From positions 2,752,001 through 2,816,000 of the forward strand of contig OZ250172.1 of assembly GCA_965237905.1 (NCBI GenBank): a stretch of DNA of 64,000 nucleotides. The letters are read 5' to 3'. The position numbers and the translations under genes were made by a program. Every line of letters starts with the position of its first letter. The stretch's first letter is position 1. Shown one piece after another: positions 61,356-64,000 of this stretch. The notes beneath the pieces are model-generated. The model had not been told where the DNA came from. It saw nothing but the letters and a program-made list of their open reading frames with translations, and ran no database searches. The DNA comes from Nitrospinaceae bacterium. GTDB lineage: Bacteria > Nitrospinota > Nitrospinia > Nitrospinales > Nitrospinaceae.

Positions 61356-62174
61356 TTACAGAACCTCCGCAAATTCAGGTTTTAATTTTCTGAACACCAA
61401 GCCGCCCATCACAAATGCCATCAATCCTATTCCCCAAAAATAAGCCCCCGAATGAAGGTCCTCCCAAAACGGGGCATGGTAAATAAATGATTTCTTGTAT
61501 CCTTCCACGATGTAGACCAGCGGATTCAAATCGATAACCCACTGGTATTTTAGCGGGATCATATCGCGGAACCACACAATTGGCGTCAGCCAGAACCACA
61601 GGGGAAGCAGGGCCTGCGCGATTTGTCCCGTGTCGCGGAAAAATAAGTTGATCGACGAAAACAGCCAGCTGAAACCCAAAATCAAAACTATGAGCGCAAA
61701 TAAATAGTACAAAAACTGAAAATTGTAGAGCGAATAGGAAACGCCGGAGATAAACATTATGATCAGTAAAATCCCCAGCATCACCCCGTGCGTTACCAGA
61801 GAAACCAGCAGACGGACCATCGGCAAGATCTCCGTCGGGAAAACCGTTTTGGTCACCAGATGCGAATTGTTCTGAAGGACGTTGATATTGCTCATCAGGG
61901 TTTCATTGAACAGAATCCAGGGAATGAACCCGGACAAAAAAACCAGGATAAAGGGAACGCCCCCGGGCGGGGTGATTCGGAAACCTACGGAAAAGACAAA
62001 CCAGTACACCAGAATGACTAACAGGGGGTGCACTAGTGCCCAAGTCAAACCCCCGATGGTGTCGACATAGCGGGACCGAATTTCGGTGATCGCCATGATC
62101 TTGAGAGTAGCCCCATGAGCATGAAATTTTTTGACCAAATTAACAAAAATAATATAAAAATCAAAAACTTTCAT
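61356..62174 (-). CDS. wzm: Polysaccharide ABC exporter permease
   Basis: RY....G..W..V.PL, K..FP.E.LP, RD..Q, FW.TPI.W and LNP motifs. Confidence 0.92.
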   Translation of the reverse strand: MKVFDFYIIFVNLVKKFHAHGATLKIMAITEIRSRYVDTIGGLTWALVHPLLVILVYWFVFSVGFRITPPGGVPFILVFLSGFIPWILFNETLMSNINVLQNNSHLVTKTVFPTEILPMVRLLVSLVTHGVMLGILLIIMFISGVSYSLYNFQFLYYLFALIVLILGFSWLFSSINLFFRDTGQIAQALLPLWFWLTPIVWFRDMIPLKYQWVIDLNPLVYIVEGYKKSFIYHAPFWEDLHSGAYFWGIGLMAFVMGGLVFRKLKPEFAEVL

Positions 62175-62402
62175 GCTGGCTCCATCGCTAGACACACCGG
62201 GATTCCCGGGACCGCAAATGACCCCACACATTATCCCTTGGGGGACAATATATGGGAAAAACTAACCTTGGGCAAGTATTTTGATCCTTGAAGTTATGGG
62301 GGGGAATATAGATCTAATATTTTAATTAGTTATGCAATTCTTACCTATAAAAGAAGGGGAGGGGAAAGGAGCCGAAAGAGCTTACGGGTGAGGTGAGCCT
62401 TA

Positions 62403-63461
62403 TCACGGTTGGTTGAAGTAGACATCGTTTTTTTTGCAGTACTCGATCAGATTGTCCGGAGAGTATCCTTCATATCTCTTCTGGAGCCTTCGGATTGCCG
62501 ACGGATCCACTGTTTCGTTGCCGTGGGTGGCCTCACCCATTGGTCGGCCATACTTCCCCAGAAAGCAGTACTTGCCCTTCATCGTATTTCTTAATTCATC
62601 CATGTAAAAGGGGCGGTAATGATTGAGAAACTCTGCGTCGCATTCCAATTCCAGGCCGGCGGCTTTGTCCTTGAGCCAGTGCAATGCGATGTTGGAGAGC
62701 CCATCATTGTCGTAACCGCCGCCAATGTTGGAATGCACACCGGCAAACCAGCGTTGCTCGAAATTATCGATCGGTTGGGGAGCATCAGGGCTCCATAATG
62801 CCGGTTTGAAAGCTTTGCGTCGCTCGTCGATAGCCAGCGCGTGGTAGGCACCGATCACCGATGGCGACAGGCCGACTTGGTGAAAGGCATATCGCTTGTT
62901 GAGCCCGCTGAACAGACCGATCGGTATGCCAAGAGCGCCCACCGTGTCCCAGACCCCTAGAAATTGAATGGGGATTGGATGACTTTGATGCTCCTCACGG
63001 AATTGCCTGGCCCGCTGTTGGAACTCTTCCTCTTCTGTATCGTTTTCTACCTCTCGCTGGCTTCGGTAAAGCTCGTAGGCTTCCTTCATGAAAAAGATTT
63101 CATTTTTCGGCAGCAGACCGGCGGTGTCGATGAGGCCCACAAGGCTTCTCGCCGTATAAGCGCCACGGCTGAAACCAAACAGAAATACCTGGTCGCCAGG
63201 AATATAATTATTGGCCAAAAATTCATACGACTCGATGATGTTCTCCGATAGTCCAAGCCCGGTACCTCCACCCAGCCATTTGTCCGTACCCCTCCCCGTA
63301 CCAACGCCTATTTGATAGTACACGACTTGAACAGTGCCATCGTCGGCGAGGGGTTTGATGCCGCGGACCATTTTCACGACATTGGATGGCTTTCGCTTTC
63401 CGCGATCACTCTGGTCCGGTTTGTTCCAAGTGCCATCACAGCAAATAGCGATTCGTTTCAT
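62403..63461 (-). CDS. DUF2235 (Tle1-like) alpha/beta hydrolase
   Basis: CCDGTWN, SNV, GFSRGAYTAR, GVWDTV, HALAIDERR and WFAGVHSNIGGG motifs. Confidence 0.9.
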   Translation of the reverse strand: MKRIAICCDGTWNKPDQSDRGKRKPSNVVKMVRGIKPLADDGTVQVVYYQIGVGTGRGTDKWLGGGTGLGLSENIIESYEFLANNYIPGDQVFLFGFSRGAYTARSLVGLIDTAGLLPKNEIFFMKEAYELYRSQREVENDTEEEEFQQRARQFREEHQSHPIPIQFLGVWDTVGALGIPIGLFSGLNKRYAFHQVGLSPSVIGAYHALAIDERRKAFKPALWSPDAPQPIDNFEQRWFAGVHSNIGGGYDNDGLSNIALHWLKDKAAGLELECDAEFLNHYRPFYMDELRNTMKGKYCFLGKYGRPMGEATHGNETVDPSAIRRLQKRYEGYSPDNLIEYCKKNDVYFNQP

Positions 63462-63582
63462 TATTTTCCCTCCCTGGGATTATTTGAAGAACGGGTCGGC
63501 TATTGCATCTCGAATCATCCTGTGTCGAATGCACTTCTTGCGAGCATTAAAATTATAATGTGCCTGTAAGGGGATTAAAAGA

Positions 63583-63615
63583 AAAAAGGCCTACTGGATG
63601 ATCCAGCAGACCTTT
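63583..63615 (-). terminator. Intrinsic terminator of tRNA-Arg
   Basis: Reverse complement AAAGGTCTGCTGGATCATCCAGTAGGCCTTTTTT: hairpin plus U-run. Confidence 0.75.
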
Positions 63616-63622
63616 CTATATT

Positions 63623-63699
<77 letters not shown>

Positions 63700-63726
63700 A
63701 TAATTCGCTGGAAATATTTGTGAAGT

Positions 63727-64000
63727 TTAAACCCCATCCTCGGTTGCCGGGGCGGCGATGTTTCCAGAGGTCACCTTGTCGTCCTTGCCGAATTCGCGGA
63801 TCATATCCACGCGCAACTTCCACCACTTGATTTCCTCCTTCAACTCTTCGGCAACCTCGGGGGCCGTATAAAGCTTAATTTCATACCCCGCTTCCAACCG
63901 CGCCTCGATTGTGTCGGGCAGAGAAAGATCGCATTCCTTCATGACGGTGATCGGGTTTTTCGCCAGCTTCTTCCGGAAGTCGTCGTCGGTGACGGCCTTG
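63727..64000 (-). CDS. 3' part of a hypothetical protein with an NHLP-leader-like motif
   Basis: Frame is open to the window edge: KAVTDDDFRKKLAKNPITVMKECDLSLP... Confidence 0.65.
   Translation of the reverse strand, partial: KAVTDDDFRKKLAKNPITVMKECDLSLPDTIEARLEAGYEIKLYTAPEVAEELKEEIKWWKLRVDMIREFGKDDKVTSGNIAAPATEDGV

Overview
64-kb chromosomal window, most likely from a marine nitrite oxidiser of the family Nitrospinaceae (phylum Nitrospinota). The 16S gene contains TTCCCAATATCAACGCATTT, which I recall as the Nitrospina probe Ntspn693 target, and the gene content (nirA-nirC, an NxrC-like haem protein, a Nitrospira/Nitrospina-type dihaem cytochrome c) fits. Layout: (1) 1-5 kb, minus-strand rrn operon (16S, tRNA-Ile, tRNA-Ala, 23S cut by the window edge); (2) 5-39 kb, mixed housekeeping and accessory genes (lipid genes, futalosine menaquinone genes, CheY/CheB, nitrite assimilation, nuoB, cytochromes, lipoproteins, hemY); (3) 39-63.7 kb, a region between convergent tRNA-Thr and tRNA-Arg genes dominated by a Wzm/Wzt-dependent surface-glycan cluster with unusual tailoring enzymes. 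Best leads: an ArfA-like ribosome-rescue gene with an internal RNase III-type hairpin; three clustered sigma-54 promoters driving small proteins and a probable anti-Shine-Dalgarno sRNA; a catalytically dead, remodelled tyrosine integrase; a haem c plus HExxH protein coupled to an NxrC-like gene; three single-gene insertions marked by duplicated gene ends; and two adjacent disrupted genes. All calls are by eye from sequence motifs; no searches were run.
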